Shown piece after piece: positions 12,481-24,826 of a stretch of DNA of 64,000 bases. Source of the stretch: Eledone cirrhosa (lineage: Eukaryota). Positions within the stretch are counted from its first letter, which is position 1. Each line of letters opens with the position of its first letter. The position numbers and the translations under genes are program-made. The DNA lies in NCBI GenBank assembly GCA_964016885.1, contig OZ024740.1, positions 15,748,001 through 15,812,000 on the forward strand. Direction: 5' to 3'. Below the pieces are notes generated by a model, which worked only from the letters and a program-made list of their open reading frames with translations, was not told the origin of the DNA and did not search any database.

Positions 12481-12556
12481 ATTACCTCATTACCAGAGGT
12501 TTCCCGAATAAGACGAATATGAAAAACGTCCTCATTCGTTCGTCGGACAAGGCAAT
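12481..12556 (-). ncRNA. Type I hammerhead of the Penelope-like element (core CCGACGA)
   Basis: Minus strand: attgccttgt-CCGACGA-acgaatgaggacg..cgtcttattcgg-GAAA-cctctgg-TA-atgaggtaat; 10-bp stem I. Confidence 0.7.
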
Positions 12557-13767
12557 TTAAAACATAGTGAAATATTTGGAAAGTCTCCTCAAGAAATGCA
12601 AAAAATATATAAATAAAAGTAATGCAAGAGATATATAAAAAAATAAGGAAATATAGTTAGGGTATGTGTATATGTATGTATATACACTCACAAATGTACA
12701 CATGTGTGTATGTACAAATGCATGTGTATGGTGAAATGTGTGCGTTAGTACATATATGAGGGCAAGTATATTTGTGTGTATGTGACCACAAATACGTATA
12801 TAATATGATTTGAAAAAGAAAATGTATGATAATATAGTTGACACGCATCCAGATACAGGTATTAAATACACATACGAGTATGAAAGTACGCGTATAAACA
12901 TACATACACGCGCGGTCACTTATATGCGGAAGATAAAGAAGGAAGGGAGTGTAATAGTAAAAAGAAGTGTCATTCTCGATATATGTATAAAAATGAAACA
13001 AAATATGAGAATGAAAAATGTTTAAATCAAAGAGAAAGTAATCAATTAACACTAGAGAAAAGAAAACAAATATAGGTACGCACGTACATACACATATATA
13101 TATATAAATATTTATACACACAAATACGTACAGACAAAAGCGCATGGAGGCGTACATACATACACACGAGGCACGTATATATATATATATCGCCCCATGT
13201 ATATCTAATCACACGTACGTACGCGACTATATATATATATACACATATACATACACACCCATACATACATATACATATATACACATATACATACACATAC
13301 ACATACATTCACCCGCATACACACACACGTAAAAATAAGAATGTAAAAAACATAGATATAAAAACACACATACACACACATATATATACGTACGCACGCA
13401 CACATACGGAGGCGTTCGTATACATATACAGAACGTATACACACATAAGCACACTCAGACACATAGATACAGATTATAAATCAGCCATATGAATAAATGA
13501 GTACAAATATAAAATCGGCTGCGAAACAACAGAATATATCTGGAGTGGAAAACGCAAGTGACCGAGATATCAGGTAGTGAAAGAAAATGGGGAAGTAAAA
13601 TGTGGAATGTGAAGATACTAGGTAAGTGAATCGAAAAGTTGGATGGGGGTTACTGGTGGATGTGAAGTAAAAATAAAAATAAAATTAAAAATAAAGTTAA
13701 AAATGAAAGTAAATCAGAAAGAGAAATCTGTAAAGAGGATAATTTAAGGAAAGTGAAGAATAAGAGT

Positions 13768-15889
13768 TTATGGAGGATAAGTATCTGAAAGTAAGTTAAG
13801 TTTATATGAGCTGGAAAGCAAGTGTGATTTCATGTGTGGGCAACTGGTGAAAATTTCTGTTTTTGTATTTAGGCAGGTTTTTGGTGATTTAAGGTTCTGT
13901 AAAATCCAATATTTTTCACTTATGCAGAGTGTTTCATCTTCTTGTTCCTCTTGCATATTCTTTAGATTGGTTCAAAATTGACCAATCTAATTTATATTGG
14001 ATACCTTGGTCTTTCAAATCCCATATTCTGCTAGTCAGAGCTGTTGTGAATCTTTTTTCTGGATGTCGGAAAGATGCGACATGTGAGTAATAACGCGTTT
14101 TGAATTTGTCTTGTGTCATACCCACATATCGTTCGCTGGTGGCTGGTTGGTTGTTACTGATGGTTGTCACTTTAGCCGCATATACAATGGCTTTGATGTT
14201 GTATTTACCTTGTAATGGGTATTCACTTTTGACTCTACAGGAGCAATTTTGATGTTCTCTTGGTGATTTCTTATTGATGATATAAGATTTAATAGGGGGA
14301 TCGCAGCTAATTTTGACACAGTTTCTATTGAAGATCTTATAGTATCTATGTGTTCTAGGGAAATGTTTATCTAAGAGCTCTAGGAATTGTTTGCCTACAT
14401 TAGTTTTAACTGCTAGAGAGTAGGGGGTGTGAACCAGATTATTTTTCTTTTCCTATTATTATGTTTAAAAGAGTTAGTATTGTTGGGTATGTACTTAATC
14501 GGTTCGCTAAATCCGCTATTTTGAAGGGCTTTATTATAGTAGGGGATGCCTTATTGAAAATAGCTTCTGAGGAAGAGTGGGTGGAGATTCTACGGCTAAT
14601 ATTAGGGATAAGGTTTTTAAAAACTATAGGAGGATGGCAAGAGCCTTTATTTATATATTTTAAGTTTTCATTAGGTTTATGGTATGGTTTATAAGAAGCA
14701 GTAGGCAAATCTAGGTTTATATCTAGAAAATTAACATTGGAAAGGTTAGTGTCAATAGTAATTTTAAGATTAAAACTAGCGAAGGTTTTTATTAAGTCTT
14801 TCCTTAGTCTATCTAAGTTATGGCCTATGGTGGTATGGGAAAGTATTAGACCATCGTCGCGATAAAGCCCCAAAATATGGTTAGGGAATTTTTCTTTAAG
14901 TGTGTGTAGGAGGAATAGGCCGACTAAATTACAAACATCAGCACTGTCAAAAGAGCCCATTGAGACATTGAATGGGTTCTCTGTGTTAGATATGTTTACC
15001 CAAGTGTCATTATCAGTAAAGAGTAGAGTGTTTCTAGCATGCAAGATGACATTCTCTTCAATATCAGAAATATTGGTAAACTTTCTAGCGAAATTTAAGG
15101 CTTTCGCTAAAAGAGTCTGAGTGATAGACGGGTAGAAATCTACAATGTCAAATTGGGTGAATCTAGAAATATTTTTATCTTTAATATTATTAAACCAATG
15201 TACTACGGAAGAGCTATTTATCCATTGGAGTAATTCAGACTTACTTCTAATCTGTGTGTTTATATTGTTTAAAACTTTTTTGCTGGCAAGACCGATATTA
15301 GTCTTAGCAGGGTTGATTAATCTACAACTAGGACGATTAATAAAGTCAGGTTTGTGATCTTTAAGGGTGATATATGCATTACGTTTAGCAAGTTTTTCTG
15401 TCCTATTATCTATTTTTAAAGAACTAGGTAATTCTTCAGCTTCCTTATTTATATTATTATACGTGTTTATATTAGCTATTTGGTATTTAGAGGTGATGTT
15501 ATCTATTAAGAGTTGGTCATGTAAATTATTATTAACTTCGTATAAGTTTTTAGTTTTGTCGGAGAAAATGAACTTATTTTTAGAATATTTGAATATTGAA
15601 ATATCATTAGATAGTTTAGATTGAAAAGGGTTAGAGTACTTACGAAAACTGATATTGTTGATTAGATTAACTAAGTCTAGTTCAAAAGCGGTCATATCTT
15701 TTACTCTTTATGAGTTTTGATATCAAAATGTTCCGTAGAGTCAGTGTTAAAGTGTCCATCGAGAATCAAAGCTTTCCATCTCATTCTTTTAACAACTTTC
15801 TCTACTTTGTCTATCAGCATTTTCGTGTAGGAAGTGTTAGAAGGTGTTGGGATATTCTTGATAGAGTAATCCAAAGGATATTTATCCAT
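13768..15889 (-). pseudogene. Penelope-like reverse transcriptase/GIY-YIG endonuclease, frameshifted
   Basis: Motifs YSIKNIP..KRMRWKA, SDKTKNLY, ITLKDHK, CRLINPAK, FDIVDFYPSI, MGSFDSADVC, YRDDG, VNFLDI, SCHPP, CSCR, IVY..YVGMT..FKTRY..H..SF, LCISEK, LN..EI..CPH; at least five indels. Confidence 0.93.
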
Positions 15890-15982
15890 GTTCAGTATTG
15901 GTTTAAAATCCTATTGACTGAAGAGTGCTCGACTTTAAAAGGGCTGGAAGGTGCCAATCTCATAAAAATGTAGAATATGCTG

Positions 15983-16033
<51 letters not shown>

Positions 16034-16332
16034 GTTGAAGAGACCGATGGTAAACACACTAGAACCTCCTCAAATGACCAACACCTTGGAACTTGTACTA
16101 TATAGGCTAACTTTCAAGTACAACTTATATATACCATCTTATATTGTTGCCATACTGTATATTTGCTGCACCTAGTATTGTATTCTCTCTTCCTTCATAT
16201 ATATTTGTCTTGGAGGATAGCTTGAGCAGTGATCACCTATCACAAAAACTCCTGGTCGCATTGCCGAATCTTGCTGTAACCATACTTCCAAGGACACGTT
16301 GAGTTCTAACATCACCCCCACCACAACCAGGT

Positions 16333-16610
<278 letters not shown>

Positions 16611-16944
16611 AATATTTATACTCTGCTATGTACTGAGTACCTTACTTACTGTGGTTACCACAGATTGAACCCGGGATAAACTTATATATATATACTAGCA
16701 AATGAGCCAGGCACATCTTTCGCCACTGTAAATAAAGACCCCCTCTCTCCTTAACTCGGCCATCTTTAAATAACCCCAGAATTCTGCTATTTTAGGGCAG
16801 AACAAGATTTAAATTATGTTGACATGCTCCGGGAGCTAAATAACCAATTTGAACGAAATTGGATGGAAACTGCATCGCCTGTTTACAGGCAGACCTTTTC
16901 GTTGTATATATATTATATGTATATATATGAGATTTTTCATTCAT

Positions 16945-17145
16945 ATATATTATTATTTGTCTGACCCGAATTTTCTTGGTCGTTTTTTCAGCTGTGCGAA
17001 TGATTTTAAGCATTATCTCAGTGTGTTGGTATTTAAACGTTAGTTATAGCTCTGGTTTATCCAAACTATTGAGCACTTTGCCACACTTTTCGAAGATTGT
17101 GTTTCGTTATTTCGTGGGCCGAGATTCCGATTCTCGATAATTTAT
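16945..17145 (+). repeat. Repeat family A, copy 3
   Basis: Colinear similarity with 240-450. Confidence 0.65.
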
Positions 17146-17146
17146 T

Positions 17147-17216
<70 letters not shown>

Positions 17217-17259
17217 AGAAATAAAGAGATCGGTGTTGCGACGAATGGAGTTTATTGGA

Positions 17260-17351
17260 CATATTACAATCGTTTCTCTGGCGACCAGCTCGAGGGACGA
17301 TCGATGTCATGATCGAACCTGACTCTGAAAATCGCATGGTCCTCAGATACA
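17260..17351 (-). ncRNA. Type I hammerhead, inverted twin of 17507-17598
   Basis: Reverse complement retains CTGAGGA...GAAA-cgattg-TA-atatg. Confidence 0.65.
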
Positions 17352-17506
17352 TCTTGATTCTACGAACCAGATTTTCCTATATATATATACTTAATATAGA
17401 AAGGATTCTACAGAACTAGAACTGTTTCATTCGGTAGAAATTATCAGGAAGCAGAAATCATCAGGCTGCTTCCTACTATAGGAAAATCTGCTTCGTAGAA
17501 TCAAGG

Positions 17507-17598
17507 CGTATCTGAGGACCTTGCGATTTTCAGAGTCAGGTTCGATCATGACATCGATCGTCCCTCGAGCTGGTCGCCAGAGAAACGATTGTAATATG
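17507..17598 (+). ncRNA. Type I hammerhead ribozyme with extended stem II
   Basis: cgtat-CTGAGGA-ccttgcga...tcgccaga-GAAA-cgattg-TA-atatg. Confidence 0.68.
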
Positions 17599-17747
17599 TC
17601 CAATAAACTTCATTCGTCGCAACACTGATTCTCTTTTTTTTCTGTGATATCATACTCTGCTGTATGAGAGCATCGAGTGCTCAAACGGCCTACCGCATAC
17701 GGACGCGTTAAGCATCCAACACCAATTATATATATATATATCTCATG

Positions 17748-17918
17748 TGGGAGCCCCTGCATGGACACACTGGAAGAGGAAGACAGAGGTTGACATATGT
17801 TGATGCCCTAAGGACACACACTGGTCTCTTGGAGATGCAGGACATGGCAGCGATAATGAGGGAGCGAGACCGCTGGAAAGAACTCGTACACGGTTCTCGG
17901 GAATTTTACCCGCCCTAG
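17748..17918 (+). mobile_element. 3' fragment of an RTE/RTEX LINE ORF2
   Basis: Translates as WEPLHGHTGRGRQRLTYVDALRTHTGLLEMQDMAAIMRERDRWKELV..*, matching the RTE C-terminal pattern W..HG...GR...TY.D.L...TG...M.DR..W; 5'-truncated in (TA)n. Confidence 0.8.
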
Positions 17919-17922
17919 ACAT

Positions 17923-17962
<40 letters not shown>

Positions 17963-18137
17963 ATAATAATATTTATACTTATATATACACTATATATAAT
18001 TATAAACAGGAAAGGTCAGTAATTCATTACCACCTTATTACCAGTATGAAAAATAGCTCAATGTAAATACATCAGATGTCTTACAGAGCAGGAATATAAA
18101 TTACAGAATAATCAAAACTATGTTCAAAACATTTTAT

Positions 18138-18186
18138 TGCTGACAATCGTTTCTTCCAAACTTTCGTTTGGAATCATCGGAGAACT
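18138..18186 (-). ncRNA. Degenerate type I hammerhead
   Basis: Minus strand: CCGATGA-ttccaaac gaaa gtttggaa-GAAA-cgattg-TC; perfect 8-bp stem II, weak stem I. Confidence 0.6.
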
Positions 18187-18825
18187 AGCAAAGTTTAGAC
18201 ATATAATTAACCTCCTATTCTACAGAACAATCGTAAAGATATGTAGATATTACTGTTGTTAACAATAGTGTCATATTTAAAGAGTGAAGATGATGTGGTC
18301 AGTATCAGTGGGTGTGACAAATATTATAAGAATCATAAAACAATTATAGAAGAATTATGAAAGAAAGTTACTCGCAAAATGAGGACATTAGTGGTACATA
18401 GGCATACATATAGAAGGAGTGCAGAGGTATTAGGCATGTACAGAATAATAAGGTAAAAGAACAAGCAATGGTATTAAGCATATATAACACAATATTGGCA
18501 AAGATATCACATAATAGAGGTGTAATAGTATATTAAGCAGTGAGGAATGCGTGAGTAGGAAAAGCAGTTTCTATGTGAGTTTATGGTAGATGTAATGTGA
18601 TAATTGTTCTGGTAATGTTCAAATGTATATGTGTTGTGAGTGTTAATATCAAGGTTTTTCTTTCCGTTACATTGGTTATATTTTATGAAATTTTTATCAG
18701 TAGATACAACTATGGATTGTATATTGTCTTTATTATAGTCCTATTAAGGGTTAGAGTTGTTATGGAGTGATCTGTCTAACCGTTTAATTTCAGGAAGTGA
18801 TTAGAGATCTTCACTAATATATATA

Positions 18826-18947
18826 TAGGAAAAGGTTCAGGACCCTGACGGTAGAGCTCAAGCCGTTTCGACGGCTATTTCAGGACTAGAAATATTTCTA
18901 GTCCAGAAATAGCCGTCGAAACGGCTTGAGCTCTGAACCTTTTCCTA
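18826..18947. repeat. Near-perfect palindrome (foldback)
   Basis: taggaaaaggttcag[14-nt insert]agctcaagccgtttcgacggctatttc.ggactagaaat followed directly by its reverse complement. Confidence 0.92.
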
Positions 18948-18953
18948 TTACCC

Positions 18954-19022
<69 letters not shown>

Positions 19023-19028
<6 letters not shown>

Positions 19029-19133
19029 CTAGCCCTATATATACTGTATATATATTATGTTGTGAGAGTGTATATATTAAGGCCTATATATACTCTATGA
19101 TATTACATTGTGTCTTTTGTATATTCTATATAC
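19023..19133. repeat. Dispersed repeat, inverted copy of 1-110
   Basis: Direct comparison of the two segments. Confidence 0.85.
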
Positions 19134-19261
19134 AATGCTTACTGCAAACTTAAACCTCTGAATAAATAAATAATAAATATGTATGAATATATATATATAA
19201 ATACATATTATATAAATATATATATAATATATAAATGTTTATGAATATGAAATATATACAA

Positions 19262-19342
<81 letters not shown>

Positions 19343-19611
19343 AATATATATAAATAAATAATATATAAATGTTTATATATATATAATATATACAAATGTA
19401 TATATATATATATATAAATATATAATATATAAATGTGTAAAGAAATATACATACATACATATATATATACATTTCATTCTATTCCATTAATCGTTTCCGG
19501 TGTGCCCGGCCGACTGAACTCACTCGATATGCAAATTAGGCTGCTCAGCCGTTAATATGCATAAGGAAAGTATATACTTTCAGACGTTCAACCATCTGGC
19601 AGGAAGGTATA

Positions 19612-19652
19612 CGATGCTGACGATAGCTAATGAGCTTGAAACTAGTACTTCG
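19612..19652 (+). ncRNA. Minimal type I hammerhead ribozyme
   Basis: cgatg-CTGACGA-tagct aatg agctt-GAAA-ctag-TA-cttcg; palindromic stem III. Confidence 0.68.
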
Positions 19653-19901
19653 TTCCTGTGTCAGTGTTGAACAAAAAGGTGACGTGAATGCCTAAACACT
19701 GTACGGCGTAATTCGGGCTGTTTGTTTGTTTACAAACAAACCGAGCATTATAATAAATGTTCGGTAAACCGATACGTGCATATATATATATGTGTGAATA
19801 TATATACATACTACTGTACGTCTGTATACATATATGTATGTACGTAAGTCAATATATGTATGTACATAAGTCAAGTGCATGAACTCATAATCCATTATTT
19901 A

Positions 19902-19955
19902 CTGCTATATATATTTCGATGATAGCCATTGAATGGCTATGACCTCATCAGGCAG
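19902..19955 (-). ncRNA. Minimal type I hammerhead ribozyme, canonical core
   Basis: Minus strand: ctgc-CTGATGA-ggtcatagcca ttcaa tggctatcatc-GAAA-tatata-TA-gcag. Confidence 0.82.
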
Positions 19956-21249
19956 ATAGTCAGTTTTTACATATGCCAGCTCTGTGTTTATGGTGTTGAT
20001 GGTATCAGAGCCTTGGGACATATGAGCTTGTTAGAAATAATTTAATGTTGTCAGGAGGAATAGTCTTGATTCTCATTGGTCAGTTTGTAGATGCTAGTAG
20101 GTTGGTATGTGACCTCAAAGAGGCAGGTGGTATTGTAAAGTTCAAACCGTCAGGCAAGATGACAATAGTTCCATATGACTGATTTTCACAAAAAGCATTC
20201 CTGATCAGATATATATTCAATTGAGGTTTATAGTATGAAATTCGATACTACAGGTCATTCTTAAATTGGGGAATGTATGTGGGGTGGTACTACTGAAAAT
20301 TATGGTTAGAGTAGAATACTAGAAAATTTACATATAAAAAGACTTATGTTGGTTGACTTGCACATACACTCACACCCACCCCCACAGACACACACACATA
20401 CATCCACACATACAAATTGGGGGCTTTATGTTGGGTGGTAATACTGAAAATTATGGTTAGAGTCAAATACTTAGAAAGTTTACAAATAAAAAGACTTATG
20501 CTGGTTGACTTGTACATACACTCACACCTACTCCCACAGACACACACACACATCTACACACACAAATCCATACAGGTGTGTATATATATGTATGTACGCA
20601 CAAGTGCATACATATATACAACAGAGGCCCCCGAATACAAGTATAAGGCAGACATAAAACGAGGTGGGTGTTATTTTTAAAGAAAAGTAAAGTGGGTGTT
20701 TGGAAAAGTTATTGTTTAGACTAGACAAAAGTAGAGTGTGATATATATCTTCACAGCAATAGCTTGGGGGCTTTGGGGCTTAGGTGAATCCCTTAGTACA
20801 GACATATATACCCACCCACACTTTTATACCTCTGGATGCGCGTGTATGTCTATATACACATGTGCACTCATACAACAGAGCATATACAAATATACTCTTA
20901 AGCATACACTCGAACATCTTTCAAATGCAACCTGGGGTATTGGTATTTCGTTGCGTTTACATGAGTGTGTACATTCACGTAATCCCAGTATACACACACA
21001 ATGCACGGTTGCGGGCACTCATTCATGCGTATAGGGATAATTGTTCTTCCTGTGTGGGTCGCTCCTGGGGGGGGGGGGGCCTCAGGTTCAATAAACGTGG
21101 TTTTGTTGACTCCTAACCAGTAGAGGATCCGGTGGACAATCCACTGTAGGGACTACAAACTATGGTGGGTGTTGTTGCCCATTGGTCATTGGTACGGGGT
21201 GTAGGGGACCTACAGGGGGGGGGGCGTTGTGGGAGGCCATAACCGGGGT

Positions 21250-21485
21250 TTATCCATATAGCTTGAGGAAAGTTCCCGTCCTTAGGTGTCTGCAGGCGCC
21301 GAATAAGTCGGCCCTTCTGTTTAATAGGTTGGTTCCGCCATGAAGTATCTCGAGTGTCTCACCAAGCCAGAGGTTGCAAATACCAGACCCACCTCTGTCT
21401 GGGGGAACCTTTCTAACCACGGACCAGACCAGAGAGTGCGGGGTCTTTTCAAGTTTGAGCTTCCAGATCAATTCAGAAAGGGCCG
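21250..21485 (-). pseudogene. GIY-YIG endonuclease C-terminal fragment of a Penelope-like element
   Basis: TALSELIWKLK..W..ICNLWLGETLEIL..LLNRRADLFGACRH, homologous to 13768-14050. Confidence 0.85.
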
Positions 21486-21888
21486 TATATATATATATTA
21501 ACTCCAATACGAGCCACTCAAATGCATAGAATGGTTCTCTCCGACATTGTCCGAGATTCCCTCCGGATCACTTGATAATGGTTATCCAATCCGAAATATA
21601 CTGGGCCTAAGAAATATTCCCAAGGTAAAATTATCTTTGATTCTTGTTCTTCATCCTCTTCTCTGCTCAACCTCACCTGGTTTTTTAACCTAAATATTTG
21701 CAACCCTACTCACATAAACAATTTTCATATTTTACAATGCTTCAAGCAAACTACAACACTCTCTTATATATATATAAATGTATATACGAATCATATAATC
21801 TAAACTATAATAAAGTAAGGAGCGCGGGACTGCGTACGGTTTATCATTGTTTATCCCATTAGTAAAATAAGTTGCATTACTTTCAATA

Positions 21889-22081
21889 AATAATTTTTTC
21901 TACTTTTGGCACAAGGCCAGCAGTTATCCCAGTGTATTACTAATACTTTTTTTATCAACCCCGTAAGGATGAAATAAAGTATCAGTAAATAATTGTTTCT
22001 ACTTTTGGCACAAGGCCAGCAATTACTCAGTGTATTACTGGTACTTTATTTTATCGACCATTTAAGGATGAAAGGCAAAGT
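21889..22081 (-). mobile_element. Two tandem truncated SINE fragments
   Basis: ttctacttttggcacaaggccagc...ttatcgacc...aaggatgaaaggcaaagt occurs twice; resembles octopus SINE 3' regions as I recall them. Confidence 0.6.
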
Positions 22082-22385
22082 TAATAATGAATGAATATTA
22101 CATAATTTATCTACTAAATGTCGTGGCTTCTTAAAGATTCACTTCTTTAAAATTTCGGAAATGTCAACACTTCCGGTTGGCCAACGATTAAATAAACATA
22201 CTAATTTCCTGTCACTAATTTTCTCCTAATGCAGTTTATATATGATATCGTCTTTTTAATGTATCATGGATTACGTTACTGATTAAACGCAGTCTTCGTT
22301 CAATTTCTATGTATTATATATTGTCAATTACGATTTTATTTGATGTATATATCTGCGTATAATATCAATATGCACACTACACATG

Positions 22386-22423
22386 CTAGCAGAAAACCAC
22401 CCGAAGGGTGGTTTTTTTGCTAG
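22386..22423. other. CTAG-bounded hairpin, Helitron-terminus-like
   Basis: ctagcagaaaaccaccc-gaa-gggtggtttttttgctag. Confidence 0.55.
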
Positions 22424-22560
22424 TCTAATTTAATAACATAATATAAAATCTCACTCTCTCACTCTCTTTCTCTCTCCCCCGCCTCTCTCTCTCTCTCTCT
22501 CTCTTTCTCTCACTCTCTCACACACTCTCACTCTCTATATATATCTCTATCTCTCTCTCC

Positions 22561-22631
<71 letters not shown>

Positions 22632-22637
22632 TATCTA

Positions 22638-23244
22638 TCTATATAAAGTTGTAGTTCCTGTTTGTTTGTTTGTTTGTTCACGAACTCCTATGGTTTGGGA
22701 GATAGACCCCCGCCCCCTAACCATATATATTCTGAAACTACATTGCCCAGGGTACTTGGATAAGTATATTTCATTTTAATCAAAGGGTTCGCGGGGGCAC
22801 AAACCCCCACTGAAAATGTTCTCCCTTCGATTTATATGAAATTTAAACCATGAGTAAATGACAAGATATGATGCCTATTCACAAAATTCAAATAATATTA
22901 AGACACCCTAATAGGGGTTAAACCCGCTATAGTGAACATTTTGGAAGCCCATAACTTAAGTATTGGAACCTCTATTATCACGGGTTTTTTCTATTAATTA
23001 AAACGTAAATCAACAAAAAAAAGCACCCCTCTTTTATAGTAAAATTTGGCTAATGTAGACATTTTATCTATGGCAAAACATCACTAGAATTATGACAACA
23101 AATATGATTAGTTAATGCCTCTACGTTTTTAACATTTTCCCTTTATTTTTTCTCCATAAATTATATCACTGATTTAAAATCAATCATCATTTTCTTACAA
23201 AAAGAAATGTGTGAAACGCAACAGAGCGCGGGTAATTCGGCTAG
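22638..23244 (+). mobile_element. Non-autonomous Helitron-like element
   Basis: 5' TCTATATAAAG followed by (GTTT)n; 3' gcaac..gcgcgggtaattcggCTAG; sits between A and T with no TSD. Confidence 0.7.
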
Positions 23245-23502
23245 TATATATAGTGGTAGAAAACCAAGAGGTTATATCCATAGTAAGTAGAGCGCTCAGA
23301 CCCGAGGACGAGTTCGGGATAGAGTTAGTTCCACAACAAATTAATAAAGCATTGCGCAGAATCCTATCAGCTCATATACACTTCCGTTCTCAGTACAGCC
23401 ATATACGGGTTGAATCTCCGCTGGGTGAAACACGCCTCCTTGAGTATGGTTTTCTAATTTACTGTGGAACTACAACTGTATATATATATATATATATATA
23501 TA

Positions 23503-23563
<61 letters not shown>

Positions 23564-23564
<1 letters not shown>

Positions 23565-24826
23565 CCAGATAGAAAAATGCGTACAGCAAAAATAAGTAAT
23601 ATTGTTGGAATATAAGCCTTTAAAAATACAGAACATGAAACTAAAATAAAACTTTAAAAGAATAGGACAAGAAACTAAGATAAAACTTTAAAGAATTGGA
23701 CAAGAAATAAAAAATTTTACAATAATATTAGTGGCAAAATTTTTATTGGTAAAAAATCGAGTTCCACATTCATAGGCTCTGGGTTCCATATTCAGAGGTC
23801 GTGGTCAGACCGGGGGGGATCATTTGATCCTGGTTTGAAGACCAATTGGGCCATAACCATACCCCTATTTCATCATTCTTTAAAGTTTTATCTTAGTTTC
23901 TTGTCCTATTCTTTTAAAGTTTTATTTAAGTTTCTTGTCCTGTATTTTTAAAGGTTTATATTCCAACAATGTTACTTTTTTTTTGCTGTACGCATTTTCT
24001 ATCTGGTCTACTATTTTTTAAGGCAATGCAAGCAACAACTATCTAATAATTAAATGATCATAGTGAATTACTGACAAGTGATTGACATTTTAAAGTTCTT
24101 TTGAGTATAATTGCAATCTAGTTCAGGCAACTGGCTTAATGACAAAGCTAGTAAATCATGAATGCATTTGAGATGATTAGTGCATAATAGTGAATTGGTG
24201 AAACTTGTGCATTTCAATGGTGTTACAACAATAGATGTAAGTTATATAGTAGTAATACTTTATCATTTTAACTTTTTAGAATGGACAAAAACCGATGCAA
24301 AGAAATGACTTTGACTGAAGTGATTCTCTCCAATTTACTTACAAAGCAAAACGTGGTCAAATACCTTATCATCTCTGATAAAATGCCCATTGAATCACTG
24401 AAAATCGGATGCATGGAATTCCTCATAAAATGCACCTATGAATCGGAAGCCATCACATATATCAATGGATATAGGGAGTTGTTCACACTGGAAGACCATC
24501 ACTTCATTTGTGACTTCATCAGTTATCTCCACGATTATCTCAGACACCCAATGCCATTGATGAGAGGTGATCCAATGTGTGAGCATGTAACTAATCTTAT
24601 AGAAGTTGTTATCGACTACCTGGCTTTTAGTGACATTTGACTGATTTGACTGATAATGATGTATTTTAAAAAAGTATGTGTACATTCTTGTTACTATTTT
24701 AAGGCAATGCAAGCAACAACTATTTAATAAAATTTAAATTTAAAAATGACCATTGTGCATTACTAGTATATGATGACATTTTATTAAGTCACAAAATTAT
24801 TCAGTCAGCCATAGAACAAGGATCAG
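23564..24826 (+). repeat. Left arm of large inverted duplication
   Basis: 23564-23878 is the reverse complement of 32205-32560, and 23875-24826 is the reverse complement of 30677-31625. Confidence 0.93.
24281..24640 (+). CDS. 119-aa ORF with a BACK-like (BTB-associated) helical motif
   Basis: LTEVILSNLLTKQNVVKYLIISDKMPIESLKIGCMEFL resembles the SPOP-type post-BTB segment ([33 protein letters not shown]). Preceded by a polypyrimidine-AG acceptor at 24279. Confidence 0.5.
   Translation: MDKNRCKEMTLTEVILSNLLTKQNVVKYLIISDKMPIESLKIGCMEFLIKCTYESEAITYINGYRELFTLEDHHFICDFISYLHDYLRHPMPLMRGDPMCEHVTNLIEVVIDYLAFSDI

Larger units (their letters stand above)
12370..15980 (-). mobile_element. Penelope-like retroelement (Naiad-type), near full length and degenerate
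   Basis: RT plus C-terminal GIY-YIG, a long low-complexity 3' region and a downstream hammerhead. Bounded by microsatellites; ends approximate. Confidence 0.85.
17211..17650. repeat. Inverted repeat (arms 17211-17380 and 17477-17650) of a hammerhead-bearing unit
   Basis: Near-identical reverse-complement arms enclosing a half copy of the 16474 palindrome. Confidence 0.9.
19700..21485 (-). mobile_element. 5'-truncated Penelope-like element (GIY-YIG C-terminus, 3' region, hammerhead)
   Basis: Coding remnant at 21250-21485, internal ~150-bp tandem duplication (20264-20550), hammerhead at 19902-19955 on the same strand; downstream boundary approximate. Confidence 0.65.

Noticed and set aside
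21565-21610. Hammerhead-like TTGATAA...GAAA
   Set aside because: The core and all three stems are too degenerate.
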